Shown here in pieces: positions 17,574 through 27,655 of a stretch of 64,000 nucleotides of DNA. How positions within the stretch are numbered: position 1 is the stretch's first letter; the number at the start of each line of letters is the position of its first letter. Location: NCBI GenBank assembly GCA_963712665.1, contig CAVQIV010000024.1:271525-335524 (forward strand), read 5' to 3'. The stretch is from Thermoanaerobaculaceae bacterium (GTDB taxonomy: Bacteria > Acidobacteriota > Thermoanaerobaculia > Multivoradales > UBA5704). Position numbers and translations under genes: made by a program. The notes under the pieces are model-generated. The model was given only the letters and a program-made list of their open reading frames with translations. It was not told the DNA's origin and ran no database searches.

Positions 17574-20500
17574 TCAATTGCACGGCAGCGCCTCCGTGTC
17601 CAGCACCGGCGGAGCAGCGGTGCCCCTGGGGTTCGTATATGTCTTCGTGTGACCGTTCAACATGTCGGTCACCGTCACCTTCAACCCGACGTCCGTGCCG
17701 GCGGCGTAGAACACCCAGAATTTCTGATTGAACGAGCAGGCGTCGAGCACTTTGATCAGCATCTCCGGATTGTCCTGGCCGAAGAACCAGAAGAGGCCGC
17801 CGCGATTCACTCTCAGGTCGGAGAGTCCGATGGCGTTGCCCTGGCCGGATTGAGCGCTGGCGTCGAACGCGACCTGGACCTTGAAACGCTGAGCGATGCA
17901 CAGCGTGTGAGCGTCGGCCACGCAGGCGGTGCTGGCGTTGCCGATCGCCGGGCCGTCGTTCCCGGCAAAGCTGGTGGGGAGGCCTGTCACAGGAGCGGAT
18001 TTCCCGGCGAGCGCAATGTCGTCCTCCATGCAGGAGAACGCAGCCGTGTCCTGGATCGGCGTCGGGGCCGCGCCGTCCGGATTCGTATAGGTTTTCGTCT
18101 CTCCCGTCTTGCTGTCGCGGACCGTGAGGGTGACGCCGACGTCGGTGCTGGCGGCGTAGAACACCCAGAATTTCTGGTTGAACGAGCAGGCGTTGAGCAC
18201 CTTGACGAGGATCTCCGGGTTGTCGGGGCTGAAGAACCAGAAGAGGCCGCCGGAGCTCACGCCCAGGCGGGAGAGGTGGACGGGGTGGCCGTCGCCTGCG
18301 AGCCCCGCGGCCTTGCGACTGTAGTGGGCGGTGATCTGCCAGCGGCCGTCCCCGGGCTGGTCGTCGAGCGTCAGGACGTTGGGAGCGACGGTCGGATCGG
18401 AGGTGAGGACCGGTCCGGCGCTGATGTGATAGGTGCCGCCCGAGGCCCCGGAGCGGGCGTCTTCGACGCGGGCGATCACGGCATCGCCGCCGATCTCTCC
18501 CGGTTGCAGGACGAAGGCGAGGTAGCCGTTCTCCCGGGGTGAAATGCTCAGGTTTTCAGAGCGGATGAGCGTCCCATCCAGGCGATAGAGCGAGAGGATC
18601 GGGAACAGGCCGAGAACCCGTTCCGTCACGCGCACGGCGAGGGGCTTGCCGCTCGGAATCCCACGGATCAGGAAATAGTCGAGATCGCCGGCGAAAGTCG
18701 ATGCGGCCGGCGATCTTGGTGTTGTCGGCCGGCAGCGGGGTGCCGGTCGGGACGTTCGCATGATCGTCGTCGCCGCTCGCCGCAAGGCCGCTCACGGCGA
18801 CCTGGATCCGGGCCTCGCGCTGGAATTTCTCGCTCACCAGGACCTGCGGGGCTGGAGGGGGCTCGTGGCCGTTGACATCCAAGGCGGAGACGTAGCCCTG
18901 GCGGGCGAAGCTCGCGGTGCCTGCGGCGTTGTCCGCGCGGACGGTGATGCCATAGGTGCCGTCGGCGTCATAGCCGAGGACGAGGGAGTAGATGCCGTCG
19001 CCGGCAACGGCGTCGCCATCGCGGCCGTCGTCATGCAGGGCGACGGTCTCCACAGCGCCTTTGGGATGGGTGATGATGGCCACGACGTTCACGCCGGTGA
19101 TCCGGACACCCTGGCTGACCGTGGCGGTGAGGACGATCGGCTCCGGATAGGTCACGGTGCTGCCGCTCGCGCTCGCCGCCACGAGATCGTAGGTCCGCCC
19201 GATCAGGGGGATGGCATAGACGGTGCCGCTCACGACCACGGGAGCGTCGGAGTTGTTGTACGCGCTGAAGCTCCGGGCTCCGGTCGCGCCGTAGAGCTCG
19301 TTTTGCTCCAGACAACTGCTCGTGCCGTCGACCGACTGGCAGAGGGTGCCGAGCAGCACGGCATAGTACGGGCCTTCGTAGCTGGCCAGCAAGACCTGAG
19401 ACTTCAAGGTGTGGTCGGCCAGGTACGACGTGAGCTCCCCTTGGGATCTGGCGGGAATGCTCGCCGAAAACGACTTGAGCGTGACCATGGAGGAGACCGA
19501 GGACAGGGCGGAGAGGAACGCGCTCTGGATCTCTGAAAAATTCTTCGCCGAGGAGAAGAAGAGGCCGCCGGTGTCGTCGGCGAGCTTGCGCAGCACGCCG
19601 TCCGGCGCAAAGTCGCCATAGCCGAAGGTGATCAGCGGCACGCCGGCCGCCCGGTACTCCTCGGTCACGCTGCTCTTCGATTCCCCCGAGGAGTTGTCGA
19701 GGCCGTCAGTCAGCAGGAAGACGGCGCGGTTGGCCCGGGTCTTGGAGACCTCCCGGTAGTCCTGGAGCACGGTGAGCGCCTGGCTCGCCGCATCGAAGAC
19801 CGCCGACTCGCCGCCTGAGCTGATGCCGCCGATCGTCTGCTTGAAGCTGGTCCGCTGGACCGAGCCGAAGATCGACGTCATGGGAACGTCCTGCCGGACC
19901 TGGTCGTCGAACGACGCCACGCCCAGGACGGTCCGGTCCGCGGGAACGGCGTCGACTACGGTCTTCGCCGCGGCCTTCGCGGCTTCGAGAGGCACACCCT
20001 CCATGCTCCGCGAGCGATCGATCACAAGCTCGAGCTCGAGATCGTCCCCGTCCATCCATTCGATCTCGAGCTCGCTGCGGCAGCTCCCGTCCAGCAGCTC
20101 GCTCAGCCCGTCGGCACCGTGGGATTCCTTGCCGTCGACGTAAACCTCCCACTGGTGCGCGAGCGTGGAGCCGGAAGTCGCGGGATCGTCCAGCAGCTTG
20201 AGGTCCTGGCCGGGCCCCTGGCCGTCTGGAAAGACATCGCCGAAGACGATGTGCCCGCCCGGCACGCCGAACCCCGAAGGCGAAGCCCGGGGATGCTCCC
20301 GCTCGTTCCAGACGACGTCGGCGGAAGCGAAGGCTCCCCGGCGGAAGAGGCGCACCGTGCCGAGCTTGTGGGAGCCGCCGGATGCCTCACAGACGCCGTC
20401 GGCCCAGGAACGGACGATCTTCTCGTAGGCGGTCTGCTGCTCCGAGCCCTTCTCGATGCTCGGATCATTATCCCCGGACGGATCGTTGTAGAGGGAGATC

Positions 20501-20697
20501 GTAACGTCGAAGACGGTCGGCGACCGGACGGACTTCCTACCGGCGCTCAGCAGCTCGGCCGGGCGCTTGGGGGAACGCGACTTGGAGAACCAGGACTGAG
20601 CCGCTCCGAGCCCGCATGGCGCCAGAGTGGCCAGGATCAGGGAGAGCGCGAGCCCCAAGGCGGCTCTCCGCACCGGCTGGGATCCGACGGGATTCAT
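17574..20697 (-). pseudogene. large secreted vWA-domain protein with PPC-like domain and two C-terminal repeat domains, frameshifted as sequenced (one extra base near 18693)
   Basis: Signal peptide. vWA MIDAS region (DRSRSM...LLTDGLDNSS). DLDYFLIRG is PPC-like. A twin domain GGLFWFF..DNPE.L.KVL.AC.FNQKFWVFYAA.TDV occurs twice. ORFs 18556..20697 and 17574..18785 join at NTKIAGRIDF/AGDLDYF. Confidence 0.8.
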
Positions 20698-20859
20698 GGG
20701 CGATCCTTTCTTTCAGGGAAGACCCCCGAAGCTCATGACCTTCCAAGTGTTCTCGGAGACGTTGTACCAGAATGCTGCTACAGCATATTACGCCCGCAAG
20801 CTCTCGTGCAAGCGATGAAGTGATGGCATGAAAGACCTCGACTTCCGTCGGGGCTTTTC

Positions 20860-21311
20860 TGTCGCGACTTCCCCAAAAACGATGCACCTTGCCCATCGAT
20901 GCCGCAACATAAGGATGAGATACGACATCTTAACCATAGATGCCGCATTCTATGCATAGATGCCGCACCATAGCGATAATATGCGGCATTTCTAGCAAAG
21001 TTGTGCGAGAGAATCTTAGGGCGGGACAACTCTCCTAATTCTGCCGCAGACTGACTACAAGTGTCGCGTCATAAGTTCAGCATGAGGTATTCTGCTCGTA
21101 AATGCCGCAATATAATTCTATTTGTCGCAGAGTTCTTGCATTTGCCGCAGAACATCCGGGAAATACCGCAAATTTGCCTCCGTGCTCCGAGCTAACGGAA
21201 GGATGCCGCAATCTATGCGTCGGCTGGGGTTGCGGGCTGGACAAAAAGGGAGATTTCGGGATATTGTCGCAACCTGGAGACTTGTTGACGCATCTCTCGC
21301 CAGACGCCGCA
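20860..21311. repeat. phased motif array 2: palindromic TGCSGCA (TTGC-S-GCAA) sites every 20-21 bp
   Basis: Site starts at 20860, 20900, 20941, 20961, 20982, 21042, 21062, 21103, 21123, 21143, 21164, 21204, 21265 and 21305, which is 14 of 23 lattice points over 22 periods. The tract is AT-rich in a GC-rich genome. Confidence 0.8.
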
Positions 21312-21396
21312 TCATTCCCATCGAGGAGGCGTGGCAGCGAGAGGACGGACCGCCGTGGCGGAGCCCGTCGCAGCGTCTCCTCAGGAGGGAGCGCCG

Positions 21397-21897
21397 ATGA
21401 ATCCGAACCTCTCCGTGGCGCAGATCGTGACCGATCTGGAGACGCAGATCGCGCATTTCCAGAGCCAGGAGGCCTTCCACGCTCAGCAGGAGGCCTTCCA
21501 CCGGGAGCAGCGGGAGCTCAACGCGGCCGAGCTGGCGAGCGTACGCGAGCGCTACGAAGCCTTCAAGACCGCGGCGCAGGCGGTTTCCGAAGCCGCCGAC
21601 CGCGCCAGCCAGGTCATCCGCGCCCGGCAACTGGAGGAGGACACGAGCCTGCGGATCACCACCGTCAGCAAGCTGATCGCCCGCGTGGTGGAAGCCAAGC
21701 CCGAGCACGAGACCTTCGGTCCCACGGCCGTGGCTCAGGAAGTCAACGCCCGTTTCGGCAAGAAGCTCCGCCGCCCCCTGGACAGCCGCGCCGTCTCCGT
21801 CACTCTCCGGCGAATGGAGAGCGACGGGCGGATCCATCTCGTGCAGAAGGGGAGGGCGTTCCACGAGGCGGTGTACACGCGGGAACCCTCGACGTGA
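21397..21897 (+). CDS. hypothetical protein, N-terminal coiled coil plus C-terminal winged-helix-like region
   Basis: AGGAGGGA SD 7 nt before the ATG. The C-terminus SRAVSVTLRRMESDGRIHLVQKGRAFHEAVY resembles a wHTH wing. It lies directly downstream of array 2. Confidence 0.6.
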   Translation: MNPNLSVAQIVTDLETQIAHFQSQEAFHAQQEAFHREQRELNAAELASVRERYEAFKTAAQAVSEAADRASQVIRARQLEEDTSLRITTVSKLIARVVEAKPEHETFGPTAVAQEVNARFGKKLRRPLDSRAVSVTLRRMESDGRIHLVQKGRAFHEAVYTREPST

Positions 21898-21903
21898 GCG
21901 CCT

Positions 21904-22281
21904 TCAATCGGACAAGGAATGGCCGATTGTGATCCGGTGGCCGTCGACAGTGCGCAGCCCGAACTCGCGCATGTTCCAGGGTTTGTCCTCGATCTCCGAG
22001 AGCACGTCGGCGCCTTTGGCCTTGAGGTCGTGGTAGTAGGCGTCGGCGTCGTCCACCCGGAGGTAGGCGAAGTAGCTGTGGCAACCCAGCTCGCTCGGGG
22101 GAAGGTCGTCCGGGCACTCCCCGAGCATGATCATGCAGTGGTCCCTGGCCACGAAGACCCAGCCCGGAGGCTCGGCGACGATCCGGAAACCGAGCATCTG
22201 CACGTAGAACTCCGCCGACCGGCGGGCGTCGTGAACCGCGAGGACGTAGTGGTTTTGCAGGATCGTCGGCATTCCGCTCAC
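21904..22281 (-). CDS. VOC/glyoxalase-bleomycin-resistance family protein
   Basis: 125 aa with HYVLAVHDARRSAEFYVQMLGF...EFGLRTVDGHRITIG, typical of the VOC fold. Confidence 0.85.
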   Translation of the reverse strand: MSGMPTILQNHYVLAVHDARRSAEFYVQMLGFRIVAEPPGWVFVARDHCMIMLGECPDDLPPSELGCHSYFAYLRVDDADAYYHDLKAKGADVLSEIEDKPWNMREFGLRTVDGHRITIGHSLSD

Positions 22282-23081
22282 TCCGCAAGGATCTCTCGGT
22301 AACGCTCCGGTGCATGACGAGACGCGAGCAGACCCGTGGCGGCCTCCCTGTCGATGGCCTCAACCAGCACGTCTTCCTGCCCATAGGGTAGATGCGCCAG
22401 GCACTCACCCGACGGCGAGATGAGACAGGTCGCCGATTCCTGGTAGCGAAACGCATAGTTGACGCTGGCAAAATAGATCGTGTTCTCCAACCCGCGGCAC
22501 ATCATCGCCTTCTCGTAATAGGGCGCAGAGGGATCTCCCCATTGCGTCAGTTGCGGCCCTGTTCGATCACTCCCCGTGCAGTGCGGATGAAACACGACCT
22601 TGGCCCCTCGCGCCGCCGCCCATCTCACCGTCTCAGGATAACGAAACCCCTCATGGCAGATCGCCACGCCAAATTTGAGGCCATGGATCTCGAAGAGCTG
22701 CCGGGATTGTCCAGGCACGTACAGCGGCTCTTCGCTCGGATCGAGCTGATTCTTGGTCTGGACTCCCTGGATCTCGCCTCTGGCGTCCAGAACTACCGCG
22801 GCAATCTGCCGGCCCCCGTTCGCGAGCCATTCCATTCCCAGGATGGTGGCCACCTGATACGTCCCCGCCCACTCCGCCACGGCCCGAAGAGCCCGCTCTT
22901 GCTGCGTCACATCGAAGGGAGGTACTTCAAAATCCAGCCCCCGCAGACCAGGAAGGTAGGCTTCCGGGAAGCAGACGATCTCCGCGCCTCTGGCTGCGGC
23001 TTCGGACATGGAGTGCTTGATTTTGTCCAGGCCCTCCTCGACCGAGGAGGCGACGCGGGGGGAGGCTAGGGCGATAAGCAT
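22278..23081 (-). CDS. carbon-nitrogen hydrolase (nitrilase superfamily)
   Basis: E-K-C triad context: VCFPEAYLPG, KNQL and GVAICHEGFRYPE. The start was chosen at MLIALASP. Confidence 0.85.
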   Translation of the reverse strand: MLIALASPRVASSVEEGLDKIKHSMSEAAARGAEIVCFPEAYLPGLRGLDFEVPPFDVTQQERALRAVAEWAGTYQVATILGMEWLANGGRQIAAVVLDARGEIQGVQTKNQLDPSEEPLYVPGQSRQLFEIHGLKFGVAICHEGFRYPETVRWAAARGAKVVFHPHCTGSDRTGPQLTQWGDPSAPYYEKAMMCRGLENTIYFASVNYAFRYQESATCLISPSGECLAHLPYGQEDVLVEAIDREAATGLLASRHAPERYREILAE

Positions 23082-23251
23082 GGGGTGGCTACACCAGTAG
23101 TCGCCATGGCGAAATCCTACACGCACTGGACGCTACGGGCAAGCGCTCATTGCGAGAAACAAGGGGCTGTCCCGTTCTGATGGGCGGCAGGAACCTTACT
23201 TCTAGGGGACGGCGGCAGAGGGGCCGCCTGTCCCATCAGAGGGAGACCGGA

Positions 23252-24121
23252 ATGCCTCGCACTTCCCACTGTCTCACCATGGCTTGCCTTGCGCTGCTGG
23301 CCGCTGGAGCCAGCCGCGCTCAGGACCCCGTCTCGGACGCCCGCCTCGACCACTTCGAGGTGGTGCCGGTCCGGGAAGGGGCCGTGACCATCAACGCCTC
23401 GGTCGGGATCGCCGTCTGCGGTGCCGCGCACTCGTTCATGACGTCGCTGCAGCTTCTCAGGGACGGCGTGGTCGCTGGCGAGGTGCCGGTCGCGGTAGCC
23501 ACCGCGATCGGCGGCAGCTGTGGCACTACCCAGAACGGACACTGCAGCGGCGTCGTCTGCCCGGACGCGGTCGTCAACGGCAAAACGAAACATGGGACCT
23601 GCTCGAACGGCTCGGGCGGATATTGCGTCTGCGACTACGGAATCGCGAGCGCTGTCTTCGAGAACGTGGCGGTCGTGGCCGGCTCGTTCCTCGAGCTCGT
23701 GCTCGACGGCGGTCAGAGGGTGCAGGAGATCTCGGAAGCCAACAACTACGGCTCCGTGACCGTGGCGGCGGGCGGGCGCGCCGACGTCTATCGGCTCGAC
23801 GAACCGGCGACTCTGGAAAGTCTCAGGCGGACCGGGCTGATTCCGGCCGCTTCGATGGACGGGGTAGCGTTCACCGACGGCGGAATCGAGCAGACGGGCG
23901 ACGTCCAGAACGTCGTCCTCAGCGGCGTCGACGCCCTGGGAAACTGCCGTACGTGGGCGGCCGAGCTGATCGAGCCCGGGATCATCTCCCACACCACCCA
24001 CTCCTGTACTGGGAATCCTTGCAGCAGTTGCCAGTTCACCTACAACGTGCACCACCAGATCACCGGCTGCACGTGCGCCGCCCCGTCGGGGACTTGCAAC
24101 CATACCATTACCTCTGGTTAA
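23252..24121 (+). CDS. secreted cysteine-rich protein with CARDB-like segment
   Basis: Signal peptide LLAAGASRAQD. ELVLDGGQRVQEISEANNYGSVTV resembles CARDB. The C-terminus is Cys-rich (CTGNPCSSC...CTCAAPSGTC). Confidence 0.65.
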   Translation: MPRTSHCLTMACLALLAAGASRAQDPVSDARLDHFEVVPVREGAVTINASVGIAVCGAAHSFMTSLQLLRDGVVAGEVPVAVATAIGGSCGTTQNGHCSGVVCPDAVVNGKTKHGTCSNGSGGYCVCDYGIASAVFENVAVVAGSFLELVLDGGQRVQEISEANNYGSVTVAAGGRADVYRLDEPATLESLRRTGLIPAASMDGVAFTDGGIEQTGDVQNVVLSGVDALGNCRTWAAELIEPGIISHTTHSCTGNPCSSCQFTYNVHHQITGCTCAAPSGTCNHTITSG

Positions 24122-24134
24122 CGGTGGAAACCTA

Positions 24135-24260
24135 GGAGCAAGGACATAAAGGACAGCAAGGACAGAAAGGACGACAAGGACGTCAAGGACACGGGGGATC
24201 GTACCAAGTCCGGTATTTTGTCGTCCCTGCAGTCCTTGTTGTCCTTGCTGTCCTTTCAGC
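24135..24260. repeat. long hairpin built from 9-nt-periodic AAGGAC repeats (likely bidirectional terminator, related to the REP loop at 14461-14510)
   Basis: The left arm AAGGACataAAGGACagcAAGGACagaAAGGACgacAAGGACgtcAAGGAC pairs with the right arm GTCGTCCCTgcaGTCCTTgttGTCCTTgctGTCCTTt. It lies between convergent genes. Confidence 0.8.
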
Positions 24261-24272
24261 TTTTCTGCCCCC

Positions 24273-25626
24273 TCAGTCGATGACGCGCACGACCGCGGTC
24301 GAGGGGAGGTCCTTGGCCGACTTGTGGAGCGACATGAGCTGGCTCAGCAGATTCAGGGCGTGCATGGACCGGCCGGACTCGCATTGCACGGGCTTCGAAT
24401 CGGATCTTCCCTTCGTCGCCCTCTTCACAGGGGAGGGTGATCGCAGCCTGCCGCGAGAGGCGGAGGCACGGCGTAGCTTCCCTCTCCCGGAGTCCACCTC
24501 CAGCAATGGGTCCTCCTCGCAGCGGCCGGCCGGCAGCGCCACGAAGAGCGGCTGATCACTTCCCTGGATACAGACATAGGGGACCTTGGGCGAGTCCGTT
24601 CGATTCGCCAGCCGTGCTAGCTCGCCGAGGTAGTACACCAGCGCCTCGGGCGAGCGGAGCACAAAGGTGATGGCGAAAGGGGGTAGCTTCTCAGGGGCGG
24701 TCACCCCCATCTTTGCCTTGGCGTCGGCCAGGAGCTGATAGTAATCCTGCTGGCTCTTTTTCGTTCCACCGGCGAGCGTTTTCTGGTCGGACTTACCGCT
24801 ACAGTTCGAGATCCAATCGAGATTGTCCTGCGCTTCTTCCAGCCTGAAACGCCAGTCGGTCCGCAGGCGCTGGAGCTGATAGGTGTCTTTATCAGCAGTC
24901 TTAGCGAGGAGAAACCCTTCTTTGGCGATTGTACCATTGTCGACACGTCATTGACCGGGTCCTTCGCAAACGGAGGACCGACATCCTCCAGAACCTCCTC
25001 TTGGACGATCCTCGGCTTCTGGGCGAGGAACTCTGCAGCCAGCAGCCGAAGTGCTCGAGCTTGTGCGGGTCTTTATCGGGGTCTTTCTCGCTATCGGGAT
25101 AGTTTTCGAACACGAACTTCTTCCCGTCGTGTCGTCGATCTTCACCACGATCTCCACTCTTTGGACCAGAAAATAGAGCAGAAGCTCCGGCCGCCAGCCC
25201 TGGTCCCAGTAGTAGGCGAGCAGATTTCTTGCCGATCGGGTTGAGGAACCCCTTCATGAAGTCCTGCGTGTCGAGCACGGCGAGGCTGAAGCTCGGGTTG
25301 GCCGACAGTGTCGCGCTCGCAGAGGGGGTGAGGCTGCGGCCGATCGTGTCCGAGCTCCCCTTCAGGTGAGAATAGTTGCCGCTGAGGCTGCTGGAGAAAG
25401 CCGTCTGGAAGTTGCCGTTCAAGGTGGAGATGCCGGTGACGTACATGGGCAGCCGGTCTTTGGCGCGGAGAACGTTGAGCAGCAGCATCTCGTTCTGGGC
25501 TTTCTCCACCGTCAGGTTGAAGCTCACCGCCTGCGTCACGAGCTGGCGGTGAGCGCTGCATCCGCTGAGCGCGAGAGCGAAGATGGACATGATGATGACG
25601 ACGAGTTGCGCGAATCGTCGGCGCAT
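24273..25626 (-). pseudogene. lipoprotein of unknown family, multiple frameshifts as sequenced
   Basis: AGGAGG SD, MRRRFAQLVVIIMSIFALALSGC lipobox. Coding continuity can be followed through ORFs 24901..25656, 24948..25157, 24701..24946 and 24273..24710. Confidence 0.6.
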
Positions 25627-25755
25627 GGTCTCCTCCTGGTCTCCTAGTTTGAGCACAGCCTATAGGAAACCGGGAGAGCGGCCAATGTGTAGACTCTCGG
25701 CGTAGCGCATGGCGCGGGCAGAGGCCTTTCCACCCCGTCAGAGAGGATCGCGCGG

Positions 25756-26730
25756 TCAGCGGGCGAGCTTCCAGGCGAGATCGAGGAGGCTGGGATCGAG
25801 CGGCTTGCGCTGGGTGGCGACCTCGCGCAGAGGTGTGGTGGCGATCTGGCCGTTTAGCTGGCCTACCAGCACGCCCCCGTTGCCGTTCGCCAACTGCTCG
25901 ACCGCGGCGGCGCCGAAGCGCGTGGCGAGCAGACGATCGAAAGCCGTGGGCGTGCCGCCGCGCTGCACGTGGCCGAGGGTCGTGGCCCGCAGGCCGAACC
26001 CCAGCCGTTCACGGTTCTCGTCGAAATATTTCTTGAGCTCGTCGACGGCGAGGGGACAGCCTTCTGCCACCACCACCACGGCGTGCCGCTTGCCGCGGCC
26101 GTAGGCGTCCCGCAGCTCGCGGGCGAGGGCCTCGGGGTCGTAGGCGACCTCGGGGATGAGCACGGCCTCGGCGCCGCCGGCGATACCCGCCATCAGCGCC
26201 AGGTAGCCGCAGTCGCGCCCCATCACCTCCACCAGGAAGGCCCGGTGGTGGGAGGAGGCGGTCACCCGCAGACGGTCGATGGCCTCCAGCGCGACGTTCA
26301 AGGCGGTGTCGACGCCGATGGTGATCTCCGAGCCATAGAGGTCGTTGTCGATGGTGGAGGCGATGCCGACCACGGTGAGGCCCATGTCGGAGAGGGCCGC
26401 GGCCCCGCATTGCGAGCCGCTGCCGCCGATGACCACCAGTCCATCGACGGCGCGGGCCGCGAGCTGGGAGAGGGCCTGTTTGCGGACCTCCTCCTGCCGG
26501 AGCTCCGGGAACCGCTCGCTCCCCAGCACCGTGCCGCCCTGCTGGAGGATGCCGCCGACGGCGCGCGCGTCGAGGGTCTCGACGTCGCCGGCGCAGAGCC
26601 CGGCGAAGCCGCGCCGCACGCCGAGGACCTGCCAGCCCTGGGCGATGCCCATGCGCACCACGGCGCGGATGGCGGCGTTCATCCCCGGGGCGTCCCCACC
26701 GCTCGTCAGCACGGCGATCCTCTTGCTCAT
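25756..26730 (-). CDS. pfkA: ATP-dependent 6-phosphofructokinase
   Basis: MSKRIAVLTSGGDAPGMNAAIR..., TIDNDL, MGRDCGYLAL and GHVQRGG motifs. 324 aa. Confidence 0.9.
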   Translation of the reverse strand: MSKRIAVLTSGGDAPGMNAAIRAVVRMGIAQGWQVLGVRRGFAGLCAGDVETLDARAVGGILQQGGTVLGSERFPELRQEEVRKQALSQLAARAVDGLVVIGGSGSQCGAAALSDMGLTVVGIASTIDNDLYGSEITIGVDTALNVALEAIDRLRVTASSHHRAFLVEVMGRDCGYLALMAGIAGGAEAVLIPEVAYDPEALARELRDAYGRGKRHAVVVVAEGCPLAVDELKKYFDENRERLGFGLRATTLGHVQRGGTPTAFDRLLATRFGAAAVEQLANGNGGVLVGQLNGQIATTPLREVATQRKPLDPSLLDLAWKLAR

Positions 26731-26871
26731 AGTCTCGACATAGTAGAAGGTGAGCGGCCGGGAGTTCCACCCCTCGGGCCAGACGGCGCAGAGGTGCGGG
26801 TCCGGAGGGATCGTCACGATGACTTGTGTTATATAAGGAGCAGCCGCTGGCCGAGTCAGGGAGCCCCCGAT

Positions 26872-27529
26872 ATGAGAATCGTGATCGCCGACGACCATAC
26901 ACTGTTCCGCGACAGTCTGCGCAGCCTGCTCGAGCTCCCGTGGCTTCGACGTCGTCGGCGAGGCGAGGGAGGGGAGCGAGGCCGTGGAGCTGGCGCGCCG
27001 GCTGCAACCGGACATCGTGCTCATGGACCTCGCGATGCCGGGGCTCGACGGTCTGGCCGCCACCCGCCTGATCAGCGCCGAGATGCCGCAGGTGAAGGTC
27101 GTGATCCTCACCGGCGCGGACGAGGACGCCAAGCTCTTCGAGGCGATCAAGTCGGGGGCTCAGGGCTATCTGCTCAAGAACCTGGAGTCGAAGGAGCTCT
27201 TCGCCCTGCTCGAGGGGATCGGCCGGGGCGAGCCGGCCCTGACGCCGCTTCTCGCCGCCAAGCTCCTCCAGGAGTTCGCCCGTCCGCCGCGGCCGGCGGC
27301 CGAGTCCCACGATCCCGATGCCCTGACCGATCGCGAGCGGGAGGTGCTCGAGCTGCTCGTCCGCGGCGTCACCTCGAACCGCAAGCTGGCCAAGCAGCTC
27401 GGCGTGAGCGAGAACACGGTCAAGTTCCACGTCCGCAACATCCTCGACAAGCTGCACCTGCACAACCGCGCGCAGGTGGTGGGCTTCGCCCTGCGCCACG
27501 GCATCGTCTCGCCTCCCAGCGGGGCGTGA
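26872..27529 (+). pseudogene. NarL/LuxR-family response regulator, frameshifted as sequenced (extra base near 26935)
   Basis: REC domain MRIVIADDHTLFRDSLRSLLE / SRGFDVVGEA...DIVLMDLAMPGLDG, plus a LuxR HTH (LTDREREVLELLVRGVTSNRKLAKQLGVSENTVKFH). Confidence 0.85.
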
Positions 27530-27655
27530 GCCCTCACCCCTCGCCCGCCGGATCGGGTAGGCGGAGCCCACCCGTCAGCGTCAAGCTTCCCCTCCCCAGA
27601 GGCGTTTCTCCACCTCGCCGGAGCACGGAGAATGGTCCCTGAAGGAGGAACGATC

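Noticed and set aside
20860-21311. Possibility that the phased arrays (also 7275-7554 and 40632-41099) are CRISPR arrays
   Set aside because: The conserved unit is only 7-9 bp with 12-14 bp spacers, far below CRISPR repeat and spacer sizes. There is no leader or cas genes, and the repeats are degenerate.
26731-27150. N-terminal 140 codons of ORF 25756..27150, which would extend PfkA
   Set aside because: It is antisense to the response-regulator gene. PfkA homology starts at MSKRIAVLTSGGDAPG (26730).
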